A DNA stretch of 64,000 nt, taken from the IMG/VR virus record IMGVR_UViG_3300037424_001651, positions 1-64,000 of that record, one strand, 5' to 3'. This stretch comes from a virus. Its lineage: Duplodnaviria > Caudoviricetes. This document shows positions 53,666 to 61,596 of this stretch, one piece after another (the stretch's first letter is position 1; each line of letters begins with the position of its first letter). Both the position numbers and the translations under genes were made by a program. The notes beneath the pieces were generated by a model. It was not told the DNA's origin. It did no database searches and saw only the letters and a list, made by a program, of their open reading frames with translations.

Positions 53666-54547
53666 ATGAAATTTGGACGTAAGTGGGCGAACTGGGGCGG
53701 CTTTGGGGCGACGCCAACTGCACGCGAGCTGGAAGTGCTCAAGGCTATCATCCACAGCGCGTATCACGACGGCGCGGATCCGGTGGACAACCCGGTCTGG
53801 TCGTGGTCAGCCCTGAAGAGCCGCAGTGACAACGCCGTCTTCGGTTCCTTGGTGAAGAAGGGCTGGGCTGGTTCTTCGTACTATGAGGAGAACGAGACAA
53901 TCGTCTGGATTACGCAGGAAGGCATGAACGTGCTACGCGCCGCAGGCGGGATGGCCGGTTTCGGTGGTCATGGCGCAGACATCATCGTGGTGGACCGCGC
54001 CGGGAATGTGCTGGAGACAGCGAAGGAAGGGATCCCGCGAGCTGCCATCGCCCAAGGCCGCTTTGACTCGCGGCGCTTCATCGAGGCGAACCTGCCGTGG
54101 TCGAGCGTCGCACGGATGTCTGACACGGAAGTCCTCGGCGTGGACGTCAGCTTCACAGAGCGGGATAGGCACGTCATCCGGGTCGTCGTGGCAACGCCGG
54201 AGCAGCGCGGCCACTGGAAAGAAGGCAGCGCGGACGATTGGGAATTGTACAGCAAGCCCGGTAGGAATGCTGCTGCCAAGGGCCTGAATGCAGCGCTGAA
54301 GAAAGCTATGAAGATGATCGACACCACACTGGTGATCGGGGACCTGGACTTGCAGCCAGAGGACATCGCAAAGATCGCGAAGGTGATCTCCAACGCGTAC
54401 GCGAAGTACATGGCTCCGGCGCTGATCAAGTATCGAGCGCTGGGTGCCGGAGATAGCGAGGGCTACTACCACGCGAATCAAGCGCTGATCGACCACGTGA
54501 AGCGCGCAAACGGCTGGTGGGACATCGACTTCAGAGACTACCTGTGA
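53666..54547 (+). CDS. leader-tagged multi-domain protein
   Basis: MKFGRKWANWGGFG; internal MAGFG. Confidence 0.7.
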   Translation: MKFGRKWANWGGFGATPTARELEVLKAIIHSAYHDGADPVDNPVWSWSALKSRSDNAVFGSLVKKGWAGSSYYEENETIVWITQEGMNVLRAAGGMAGFGGHGADIIVVDRAGNVLETAKEGIPRAAIAQGRFDSRRFIEANLPWSSVARMSDTEVLGVDVSFTERDRHVIRVVVATPEQRGHWKEGSADDWELYSKPGRNAAAKGLNAALKKAMKMIDTTLVIGDLDLQPEDIAKIAKVISNAYAKYMAPALIKYRALGAGDSEGYYHANQALIDHVKRANGWWDIDFRDYL

Positions 54548-54565
54548 TGCACGCGCCGCTCACAG

Positions 54566-54582
54566 TTGTCCCGACCCTGCCT
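54566..54582 (+). repeat. dispersed intergenic motif, copy 7
   Basis: TTGTCCC-GACCCTGCCT. Confidence 0.75.
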
Positions 54583-54596
54583 CAAGGAGTAGTACG

Positions 54597-55079
54597 ATGA
54601 CGACACGTTGCACAGTTGAGATCTGGGCTGCTGATATGCGCGTACCAACGGTGAGTCTATATCATCACACCGATGGTGATCCAGGCTTCATGGGTCCGAA
54701 GCTCGAAAGGTTCATGAAGTACATCATGAAAGTGTTACCATACCGACACGACGAAGCGGCGACAGTTGCAGCGATGCTCGTGAAGCTCTCGTCCGATAAT
54801 TATGATGGGCCGGTTGAACCGAATACTGGACCTGTCGAAACCTGGATTCCGAAAAATAGCGAGGTGATGGGGGCACGGGCGCTGATTCCGTTCTTCCATC
54901 CGACGTGTGTGGTGCACTGGGACATCGCTTACTTGTGGCGTGTCAAACTCGGGAAGGTATACGCAAAGAATAGGGGCTACAAGATCGAGTGTTATGTACC
55001 CAGCTTTGATTATGAAACAGGTGAGGTTCTCGATCTGAGGAAGGTCAACTGGAAGGCTGAGGCAAAGAAGAGGCGTTGA
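54597..55079 (+). CDS. conserved phage protein
   Basis: MTTR.....LY.H.DG.P..MG..L pattern; SD AAGGAG. Confidence 0.7.
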   Translation: MTTRCTVEIWAADMRVPTVSLYHHTDGDPGFMGPKLERFMKYIMKVLPYRHDEAATVAAMLVKLSSDNYDGPVEPNTGPVETWIPKNSEVMGARALIPFFHPTCVVHWDIAYLWRVKLGKVYAKNRGYKIECYVPSFDYETGEVLDLRKVNWKAEAKKRR

Positions 55080-55678
55080 TGTACGCTGTTGGGCACATGG
55101 CTGGATTTGGTGCGACCGCTGAGAAGCGGCGTGTGGACGTCGTCGGTCTATACCCCGAGGAGAATAAGTACCTCGGGACGGTGTGGAAGGTGTTCTACAC
55201 GGGTGCAGTGTCTACTATGTACCCGAGCGAACGTACATTGCGGTTCGTGAACGAATACTTCGCGACGAAGTATCCACATGTTCCAGCGACGGCTGAAGCA
55301 CATTTCAAGCTTGATGGGACGATGGACTACATGGAGGTCTTCGCACCGTTCGCGGTTGGGCCTCGTCCGGCTCCGGTTTCGTTGCCTTATACAACGGTAT
55401 CGATCCCAGTTGAGATTCGTTATGGGAGCTATCTCATTCGTACAACTGGTTTTCGTACGAGCTATTTGTCGGAGCGTAGTATTGCGTTCCTTAACGCATG
55501 GGTTACTTCGCAACAGCATTGGTCGGAGAAGTACAAGTATGAATTCTGGAAGCCGAAGGATGTGGTAGTGCGGTTGGATGCTGTGACTGGACGTCCTGAC
55601 AAGATAACCGTAAACGTTGGCCTTGGATCACTCGCGGACGCGAGCAAGGCGAAGGAAACCTACCTCGCAATGTTGTGA
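55076..55678 (+). CDS. hypothetical protein with MAGFG leader and internal duplication
   Basis: Two similar halves (YPSERTLRFVN / YLSERSIAFLN). Confidence 0.6.
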   Translation: MMYAVGHMAGFGATAEKRRVDVVGLYPEENKYLGTVWKVFYTGAVSTMYPSERTLRFVNEYFATKYPHVPATAEAHFKLDGTMDYMEVFAPFAVGPRPAPVSLPYTTVSIPVEIRYGSYLIRTTGFRTSYLSERSIAFLNAWVTSQQHWSEKYKYEFWKPKDVVVRLDAVTGRPDKITVNVGLGSLADASKAKETYLAML

Positions 55679-55704
55679 GGAACCAGAAAGAAGAGGAAGC
55701 TAAA

Positions 55705-56106
55705 ATGGCCCAAAAAACAAGTAGCAAGAAGCGGACGAGTAGCAAGAAGCGGACGAAGTCTGGCGACAAGTGCAAAGGCAAGATCTACTGGAACGCGGTC
55801 GCAATGGCGCAAGGGACCAAGCATAAGACGGCTGCAAGTACGCAGGTCGATCATTGTGTCCGTACTTGTCGTGTCGGGCGCGATGTTTGCGAAAGCACTG
55901 TGAAGTCCGGCCTGAAGGGGCGCAGGAAGGCTCGCAAGAGCGGTGTGCCTTATGGACGCAAGCTGTCGCAGACCAAGGCCGCGAAGGCGGCTCGTACAGG
56001 CTTCAAGACGGCTTCCAAGTCGTGCAAGCGCGCGAGCAAGAGCCGAGTGGGCTTCCTGTCCTGCATGAAGAAGACGGCCCCGAGGGAGATCGCGAAGAAG
56101 ATGTAA
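55705..56106 (+). CDS. very basic Lys/Arg-rich, Cys-containing protein (candidate DNA-condensing core protein)
   Basis: SSKKRT x2, high K/R content. Confidence 0.55.
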   Translation: MAQKTSSKKRTSSKKRTKSGDKCKGKIYWNAVAMAQGTKHKTAASTQVDHCVRTCRVGRDVCESTVKSGLKGRRKARKSGVPYGRKLSQTKAAKAARTGFKTASKSCKRASKSRVGFLSCMKKTAPREIAKKM

Positions 56107-56122
56107 GCAGGGTCAGGAACAA
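56107..56122 (-). repeat. dispersed intergenic motif, copy 8
   Basis: Reverse complement TTGTTCCTGACCCTGC. Confidence 0.75.
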
Positions 56123-56141
56123 TTTGAGGAGGAGGGTCACC

Positions 56142-56687
56142 ATGGCCGAGAAGTGGCGACGTTTTACTGCGTCCGATAATCCGTGGTCCCACGAGCCAGC
56201 AGAAGGTTGGCGGTCCAAGAACTGGGAGATTATCTTCCGGCCGAACTTCCATATCGTGTCCGGCTTGGTCCGGGCACGGTATGTGCGGCCCGACGGGTAT
56301 TTGCCGTGGGCTTACTTCCTTGTTTACAGCAGCGGCAAGCTTGGGTGGGACTGGCCGGAGCGCGTGCCGAAGTATGTTGAGGACAAGGTCAACGCCTTGA
56401 CGCGCGCGCAAGCTGGATCGTTTGGGGACGGCGCGCCGAAACGTCAGGGATATCGAGTTTTATACGCTCCGTTGGGTTCTTCCCGAAAGGTAGAGTGGAG
56501 CACACACGCAAACGCGCGTGAGGCAGTGAAGGAAGCACGTCGGTTGGTCCGGCATCGCGGTGTTTCAGGGGCACACGCTCGGTATGCACCGTGGATCAGC
56601 GTCATCGTTTTGGGGCCGCGCGGTAAGCTTTACTACGAGGGTTGGAACGAATTATTCGGCCCATCTGAGAGTTGGCGGGACGTTTAG
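56142..56687 (+). CDS. two-domain hypothetical protein (AGSFG linker)
   Basis: SD GAGGAGG + ATG. Confidence 0.65.
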   Translation: MAEKWRRFTASDNPWSHEPAEGWRSKNWEIIFRPNFHIVSGLVRARYVRPDGYLPWAYFLVYSSGKLGWDWPERVPKYVEDKVNALTRAQAGSFGDGAPKRQGYRVLYAPLGSSRKVEWSTHANAREAVKEARRLVRHRGVSGAHARYAPWISVIVLGPRGKLYYEGWNELFGPSESWRDV

Positions 56688-56702
56688 GAACAGGAGGATG
56701 CG

Positions 56703-57092
56703 ATGAGAAGACGAACTTTTGGTTTGGCAGCATGGCCTGAGTTGCAGCGGATCGGTGGCGTTGATGATCTCGTGCTCAGCGACGATGACATCATCAAACT
56801 GAGTCGCCACGTGACGGATCGACCCGGTGGTGGCGACAGCCCACTTGCGTCCTTGCTGGGTGCGTGCCTTGTCTGGCGACGCGGCACGAATGCAGTTGGG
56901 AAGGTCATAGGCGGCGCGACCGCGAACTTCGTGGCTTACCACCTCAGCAAGGGAAAGTCCGAGTCTTGGATCGTCAAGAGTTACCGTGCACATGTTGGCC
57001 GGGTTCTTCGCGCCGAGTTGAATAAGCAGCAAGCGGAGTTCGACTCCTACTTCGAGGAGTTGTGGGAGTTGCGGCAGCATCGCCGCCGCTAA
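56703..57092 (+). CDS. hypothetical protein
   Basis: SD AGGAGG. Confidence 0.6.
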   Translation: MRRRTFGLAAWPELQRIGGVDDLVLSDDDIIKLSRHVTDRPGGGDSPLASLLGACLVWRRGTNAVGKVIGGATANFVAYHLSKGKSESWIVKSYRAHVGRVLRAELNKQQAEFDSYFEELWELRQHRRR

Positions 57093-57118
57093 AGGAGTAG
57101 ACGTGATGACTCTGTTAC

Positions 57119-58300
57119 CTAAAGGAGACAGCTTCTAGGAACATGCAGACCAACGTCCACATTACGTCCCTCCGGCTCCATCCAAGCCGGGAGTGCGCGC
57201 GCGAGGATATTTCTCGCCGCGTTCTCGTCTCTGTGCAGGACCAGCCCGCAATGCGGACACGAGTGTTTCCGCTCGCGCAGCGTCTTGGGCACCTTCTGGC
57301 CGCAGCCGCTGCAATCTTGGCTTGTTCCTGCGGGATTCACAGCCACAACCTGCGTACCGGCGCTCTCAGCCTTGTACTTCAAGATGTTCAAGAACTGGCC
57401 CCAGCCAGCGTCTCGAATCGCCCGGTTCAACCAGCGGGGACCGCCCATCGTGGTAATGGTCAAATCCTCCACGGCGATGAAGCCGTAGCGACGGATCAAT
57501 TCCAGAGCTTCTTTGTGATGAAAGTCGCGCCGCTTGTTCGCGACGTGCGCATGCAGCGCCTGCACGCGTCCCTTCGTCTTCGCCCGGCGTTTGCTTCCGG
57601 GTTTGGCCCGGGCGAGCGCTTTTTGCTTGCGGCGCAGCGTAGGCAAGGTGTCTTTGAGAAAGCGCGGGTTCGGGATCTTCGCGCCATCAGGATGCGTGGC
57701 GAAACGCTCCAGCCCCAGATCGATCCCGGTCTTCGGCTCGTGAGCGCGCTCTTCAGGCAAGATTTTCGGCGCGCCGACGTCACAGGAAAAGACGGCGTAC
57801 CACTTGCCTGCTTCGCGCTTGATACAGACGGTTTTGATCTCGCCTTGCAACGGCCGGTGCAACTTGATACGCACCTTACCGACGTACTGGACGCGCAGCC
57901 TCGGGTGTGCCGGGTCGAGCAGCACAATTCCATCCCCATAACTCGGAAGCGTGAACGAGTCGAAGCGATCTCGGGGCTTGAAGCGTGGGTAGCCCGGCTT
58001 CTCGCCCGGTTTGGCCTTTTTGACGCGCCGGAAGAACGCCTCGAAGGACTTGTTGAGCTGACGCAAGGTAGCTTGCGCGCTGGAGAAGTTGAGCCGGGCG
58101 AAGTAAGCGTTCGAGCCGCGTTCGGCTTTGTACCACGCAGATTGTTCAGGGTAATTGACGCTACGTCCTTCGGCTTCCCAGCCTGCTTTGCGCTTAGCGA
58201 GGGCGACGTTGTAGAGGCGGCGGTGGGTTTCGAGCATGCTCGAAAGCTCCCCGATCTGTACCTTGTTGGGGTACAGACGGTACTTGAAGCTACGCCTCAT
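57119..58300 (-). CDS. tnpB: TnpB RNA-guided nuclease
   Basis: YRLYPN HTH, GIDLGL, AVEDL, CxxC...CxxC, RDENAA; RuvC D-E-D intact. Confidence 0.96.
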   Translation of the reverse strand: MRRSFKYRLYPNKVQIGELSSMLETHRRLYNVALAKRKAGWEAEGRSVNYPEQSAWYKAERGSNAYFARLNFSSAQATLRQLNKSFEAFFRRVKKAKPGEKPGYPRFKPRDRFDSFTLPSYGDGIVLLDPAHPRLRVQYVGKVRIKLHRPLQGEIKTVCIKREAGKWYAVFSCDVGAPKILPEERAHEPKTGIDLGLERFATHPDGAKIPNPRFLKDTLPTLRRKQKALARAKPGSKRRAKTKGRVQALHAHVANKRRDFHHKEALELIRRYGFIAVEDLTITTMGGPRWLNRAIRDAGWGQFLNILKYKAESAGTQVVAVNPAGTSQDCSGCGQKVPKTLRERKHSCPHCGLVLHRDENAARNILARALPAWMEPEGRNVDVGLHVPRSCLL

Positions 58301-58303
58301 ACC

Positions 58304-58702
58304 TTATTTACCCTTCTGGGCCTCGATATATTCACGAACTGTCTTCTCGTTGACGTGTCCGACGGTCCCGGCGTAGTAGCTTCGACTCCAGAGGGTCGGC
58401 AAGCGCGAGCGCAACGCCGGGAATTTTTGACGCAAGATGCGCGAGGTCGATCCTTTGAGGCGGTTGATGATCTCGGCCACGCACCAGCGAGGATCGGCTT
58501 CGACAAAGAGATGTACATGATCGGGCATGATCTCCAGCGTGTGTACAGTCATGTCCAGCGTATCCGCCTTTTCACGCAGCAAGACTTCGAGTCGCGCAGC
58601 CACATCGTCGTCGAGGACGGGCCGACGATACTTGGGGCACCACACGATGTGATACTTCAAGTTGAAGACGGCTCCGGCGTTTTTGCTGCAGCGAGCTTCC
58701 AT
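58304..58702 (-). CDS. tnpA: Y1 HUH transposase
   Basis: YHIVWCPKYRR, DHVH, WSRSYY, YIEAQ. Confidence 0.96.
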   Translation of the reverse strand: MEARCSKNAGAVFNLKYHIVWCPKYRRPVLDDDVAARLEVLLREKADTLDMTVHTLEIMPDHVHLFVEADPRWCVAEIINRLKGSTSRILRQKFPALRSRLPTLWSRSYYAGTVGHVNEKTVREYIEAQKGK

Positions 58703-58709
58703 GCCGCAC

Positions 58710-58737
58710 AGTATACACAAGACAAATACTTAATCAA
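58710..58737 (-). promoter_or_regulatory. tnpA promoter
   Basis: TTGATT-16 nt-TATACT with upstream TG. Confidence 0.5.
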
Positions 58738-58797
58738 GAAAGCAGGGACTGCATTCCTCCGCCACCTGAAGGAGGCGGTCCCCTGCGGGAGAAGATT

Positions 58798-59235
58798 ATG
58801 GCTGGACCGAAGAAGACCGAGAAACGCGACCCGGGCGATCCGCTTGAGGTTGTCATACAGCCGATGCTGGAAGTGCCGAACCGAACCATCTTCTATGTGC
58901 GCAAGGTCAAGATCTACAAGCTTGGTCTGGTAGCATACGAACGCATGGCGAAACAAGGCATCCAGCCTAAATTAGCTTCGCAGGCGTTCATGGGCACGCC
59001 GCGCTATTGGCAGCTTCGCCGCCGGATCCGGCAAGAGGCTGGCTACCGCGATGATGGGTCGGGCAAGTTCATTTACCTGCCTGACGGTTACCGTGAGCGT
59101 GTGCAGGCCAACGAGAACGAACTGCTCGACGCTTTCTGGTCGGGTTGGTACGGCTGGGGAATGCTCGACCGTGGCGGGAGCATCGAGAACGCGAAGTACG
59201 ACGGCCGCTGGCGCATGACCGTAGGAGATTTCTGA
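58798..59235 (+). CDS. hypothetical protein whose ATG is the IS target site
   Basis: ATGG = reverse complement of CCAT. Confidence 0.7.
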   Translation: MAGPKKTEKRDPGDPLEVVIQPMLEVPNRTIFYVRKVKIYKLGLVAYERMAKQGIQPKLASQAFMGTPRYWQLRRRIRQEAGYRDDGSGKFIYLPDGYRERVQANENELLDAFWSGWYGWGMLDRGGSIENAKYDGRWRMTVGDF

Positions 59236-59237
59236 TA

Positions 59238-59534
59238 GTGCCGAAGATCTATGGAAAGCTGGCGGGTGTTTTACAGGCGCGTGATGCGGCGGGCAAGTTG
59301 ATCAAGCCCGTGCGGCGCATCGGTATGACGAGTATCGAGTCAACCCTCATGACGCACTATGGTGGTTTGACGTTGACGTTGGACGCGCGCGGCTACTTCT
59401 GTTTGGTAGCGCAATCGCGCAGCGGAGAAACGCTAGCTGTGCAGGAAGGTAATGTACACGCGTTGCTCGACGCCGCTGGATTGTTGGAACCAGAAGTATT
59501 GGAAGCGCTCTTGAGCGAGGAAGAGCTGCACTGA
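59238..59534 (+). CDS. hypothetical protein
   Basis: SD AGGAG + GTG. Confidence 0.5.
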   Translation: MPKIYGKLAGVLQARDAAGKLIKPVRRIGMTSIESTLMTHYGGLTLTLDARGYFCLVAQSRSGETLAVQEGNVHALLDAAGLLEPEVLEALLSEEELH

Positions 59535-60181
59535 TGAGTTGGGGCCGCTGGAAAGCGTGGGGTAGCTTGGGCGAACGCAGGTTCGATTCGCGCCAAGCGG
59601 CGCGGAAACCGGTACGCCCATTGCGTGTTCCAAAACCATACGAATTGCCTTCCTTCGTACCGCCTGTCCGTCCTGGTGCTGGGCGGCATGAGCATTGGAC
59701 TGAAAAGCAGGTTTACCCGGATTTGCTGCGGTTTGCCGCCGAGGTGCTGAAGTTTCGCGATCCGCGACTCAAGAGCCACTTTGCGGATACAGGTAATGTC
59801 GACGCTATCGTGTACGACGCTGGGCGGCGTAGCAAGCCCTGTGCACGGTTCGAGGTCAAGAGCGCGCAGCCTTACGTCAAGGATGTACACGCACGTACAG
59901 GACGTCGTGTGGGCCGTTATCAAGTCAGCCCGCGTCAGCATGCGCTACACAAGACAGGTGTTTGCGATTTGTTCTACGTGCTTGTGCCAGTTCGGGACGA
60001 GAAGATCGAGCATGTGGGCATTTGTAATGTACCGATGATCGAGAAGGTGTTGGAGAAACCGCTTACCACGGCTATCGGTATCCATCGTATTGGTGGGTTC
60101 GAGTGCCCTGGCGTGGATGACTGGGTCAAGGCCCAGCGGGCACAAAAACGGCGTAGAATAAGTGATACGCGTGAATTTTGA
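59534..60181 (+). CDS. putative PD-(D/E)XK endonuclease with degenerate leader (MSWGRWKAWGSLG)
   Basis: E...VDAI...FEVKS. Confidence 0.6.
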   Translation: MSWGRWKAWGSLGERRFDSRQAARKPVRPLRVPKPYELPSFVPPVRPGAGRHEHWTEKQVYPDLLRFAAEVLKFRDPRLKSHFADTGNVDAIVYDAGRRSKPCARFEVKSAQPYVKDVHARTGRRVGRYQVSPRQHALHKTGVCDLFYVLVPVRDEKIEHVGICNVPMIEKVLEKPLTTAIGIHRIGGFECPGVDDWVKAQRAQKRRRISDTREF

Positions 60182-60205
60182 GAAAACGAGGCGGTAGGGT
60201 ATAGT
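60178..60205 (+). promoter_or_regulatory. sigma70-like promoter
   Basis: TTGAGA-16 nt-TATAGT. Confidence 0.45.
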
Positions 60206-60458
60206 GCTAAAAGGTAGGAGACAGGGTCATGCGCCGACGTTGCTGTTGCGGTTGGTCGATGACGACACGGAGGATGTGATTCTCGACACGCAGCTACATG
60301 TGGATGCGCTGACCCCTTCCTTCATTGAAGAGGGCCTGTTGGCTTATTTCCACGGCCACACGGGCTGGAACTTGCAAGCTGTGCAAGATTGGGAAATGGA
60401 ACTCGATAGCTTACCGCCACGCCTGATCGTTTTCGTTCAGGCTGTACGGGGAGGTTGA
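60204..60458 (+). CDS. hypothetical protein (start uncertain)
   Basis: ORF track. Confidence 0.45.
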   Translation: MLKGRRQGHAPTLLLRLVDDDTEDVILDTQLHVDALTPSFIEEGLLAYFHGHTGWNLQAVQDWEMELDSLPPRLIVFVQAVRGG

Positions 60459-60459
60459 T

Positions 60460-60681
60460 ATGTATCAAATCGGCTTCGGAGAACCACCACGCTGGGGTCG
60501 GATGGCGGGCGGCGGTCTGGGGCCGCGAGCACAGGCTGGGACGTGCCTTTACGTCGGCGAGTTTGCTGGGGGTCTTGGGCCACTGCCTGCACGCGTTCGG
60601 CCGTGGGTGCTTAGCACCTCGCGGCGGGTCCGGCTGTTCCGGCGCATGTACGGTCCCGGGTCGTTCTTGGGCGCGAGGTAG
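60460..60681 (+). CDS. small basic protein (IGFG leader)
   Basis: SD GGAGG. Confidence 0.5.
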   Translation: MYQIGFGEPPRWGRMAGGGLGPRAQAGTCLYVGEFAGGLGPLPARVRPWVLSTSRRVRLFRRMYGPGSFLGAR

Positions 60682-60683
60682 CT

Positions 60684-61529
60684 GTGGCCAAAGGACCATT
60701 CAATAAGATGTCTAACCGCGAGTTGAACCGGTGGATCGGGGAGTGGGAGGCGCAGGCCCCGGAGAACTTCTGGATGGACGGTCTCCACGCAGGAGGCTTT
60801 ATGCGTCGGCAGGCCGCCTACAAGATGTACCGTCGCGGCTGGCGGATGCGATCCCCGGCCGAGCAACAACGCATGTTGGACGACTTGGGGCGTAGCGCCT
60901 ACTACGGCTATGGTGGATACTACGGCTATGGTGGATACGGCCAGGAAATCTACCCGGAGCACACAGCCATTGGTCGGCGTGGGAAGCCGTCACGTCCGGC
61001 GCGCTATCTCGTCGAGAAGTGGCTGGAGGCGGGGCCATTCCGGTCAATTTCACCGCAGCGTCTCTCGATCCTTGACTATGGCTGTGGTCGCGGCACCGAC
61101 ACGCAGTGGTTCATGTCGCTGGGCTACAAGGCGCACGGCTACGATCCGGTGCCGTCCGCTGACGTGCCCTACTGTACCGGCAAGAAGCCACGCAAGAATT
61201 ACCACATCGTGTTCGTCAATTACGTCATCAACGTCGTTCCGACCTTGGAAGGACGGATGGGGTTGCTCAAGTCTGCGTGGGACTGTGTCCGGCGTGGCGG
61301 TTTGCTTTATGTGACCTCGCGTCCGGTCAAGGACGTCGAGTCTGGTGCAAAGAAGGGCAAGTGGAAGCGGCACGGGGACGGTTGGTACGTCCCGTCGACG
61401 CAGACCTTCCAGAAGGGCCACAGCAACGAGGAACTCATCGAGATGGCCTCGATGCTGCCCGGCGCTGCGTGGGTCCACAAGTTCGCAGCCAGTGGCTGGG
61501 CTGGCGTGATGGTCGCGAAGAAGAAGTAG
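60684..61529 (+). CDS. class I SAM-dependent methyltransferase with N-terminal extra domain and (YYGYGG)2 linker
   Basis: LDYGCGRG.D, YDP, NYVINVV, TFQKG. Confidence 0.85.
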   Translation: MAKGPFNKMSNRELNRWIGEWEAQAPENFWMDGLHAGGFMRRQAAYKMYRRGWRMRSPAEQQRMLDDLGRSAYYGYGGYYGYGGYGQEIYPEHTAIGRRGKPSRPARYLVEKWLEAGPFRSISPQRLSILDYGCGRGTDTQWFMSLGYKAHGYDPVPSADVPYCTGKKPRKNYHIVFVNYVINVVPTLEGRMGLLKSAWDCVRRGGLLYVTSRPVKDVESGAKKGKWKRHGDGWYVPSTQTFQKGHSNEELIEMASMLPGAAWVHKFAASGWAGVMVAKKK

Positions 61530-61596
61530 CTTGGGGAAGCTACAGTAAGGAAGAACATGTCGAACTGGAGCGAAAGGGGCGTCAGGAGATGAGTTG

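Larger units (their letters stand above)
57103..58797 (-). mobile_element. IS200/IS605-family element (IS605 group, tnpA+tnpB)
   Basis: LE and RE subterminal hairpins sharing CTCCTTYAGGT; RE ends TCAC; LE follows CCAT; empty site rebuilds AGGAG-TAGAC-ATG. Confidence 0.92.

Noticed and set aside
57119-58300. TnpB as a Cas12f or domesticated regulator
   Set aside because: Adjacent tnpA, intact IS ends and intact RuvC residues indicate an ordinary autonomous IS605.
57143-58933. 596-aa + strand ORF
   Set aside because: Antisense shadow of tnpB/tnpA with no motifs. The same applies to many long opposite-strand ORFs in this GC-rich DNA (e.g. 43198, 37317, 35961, 23924).
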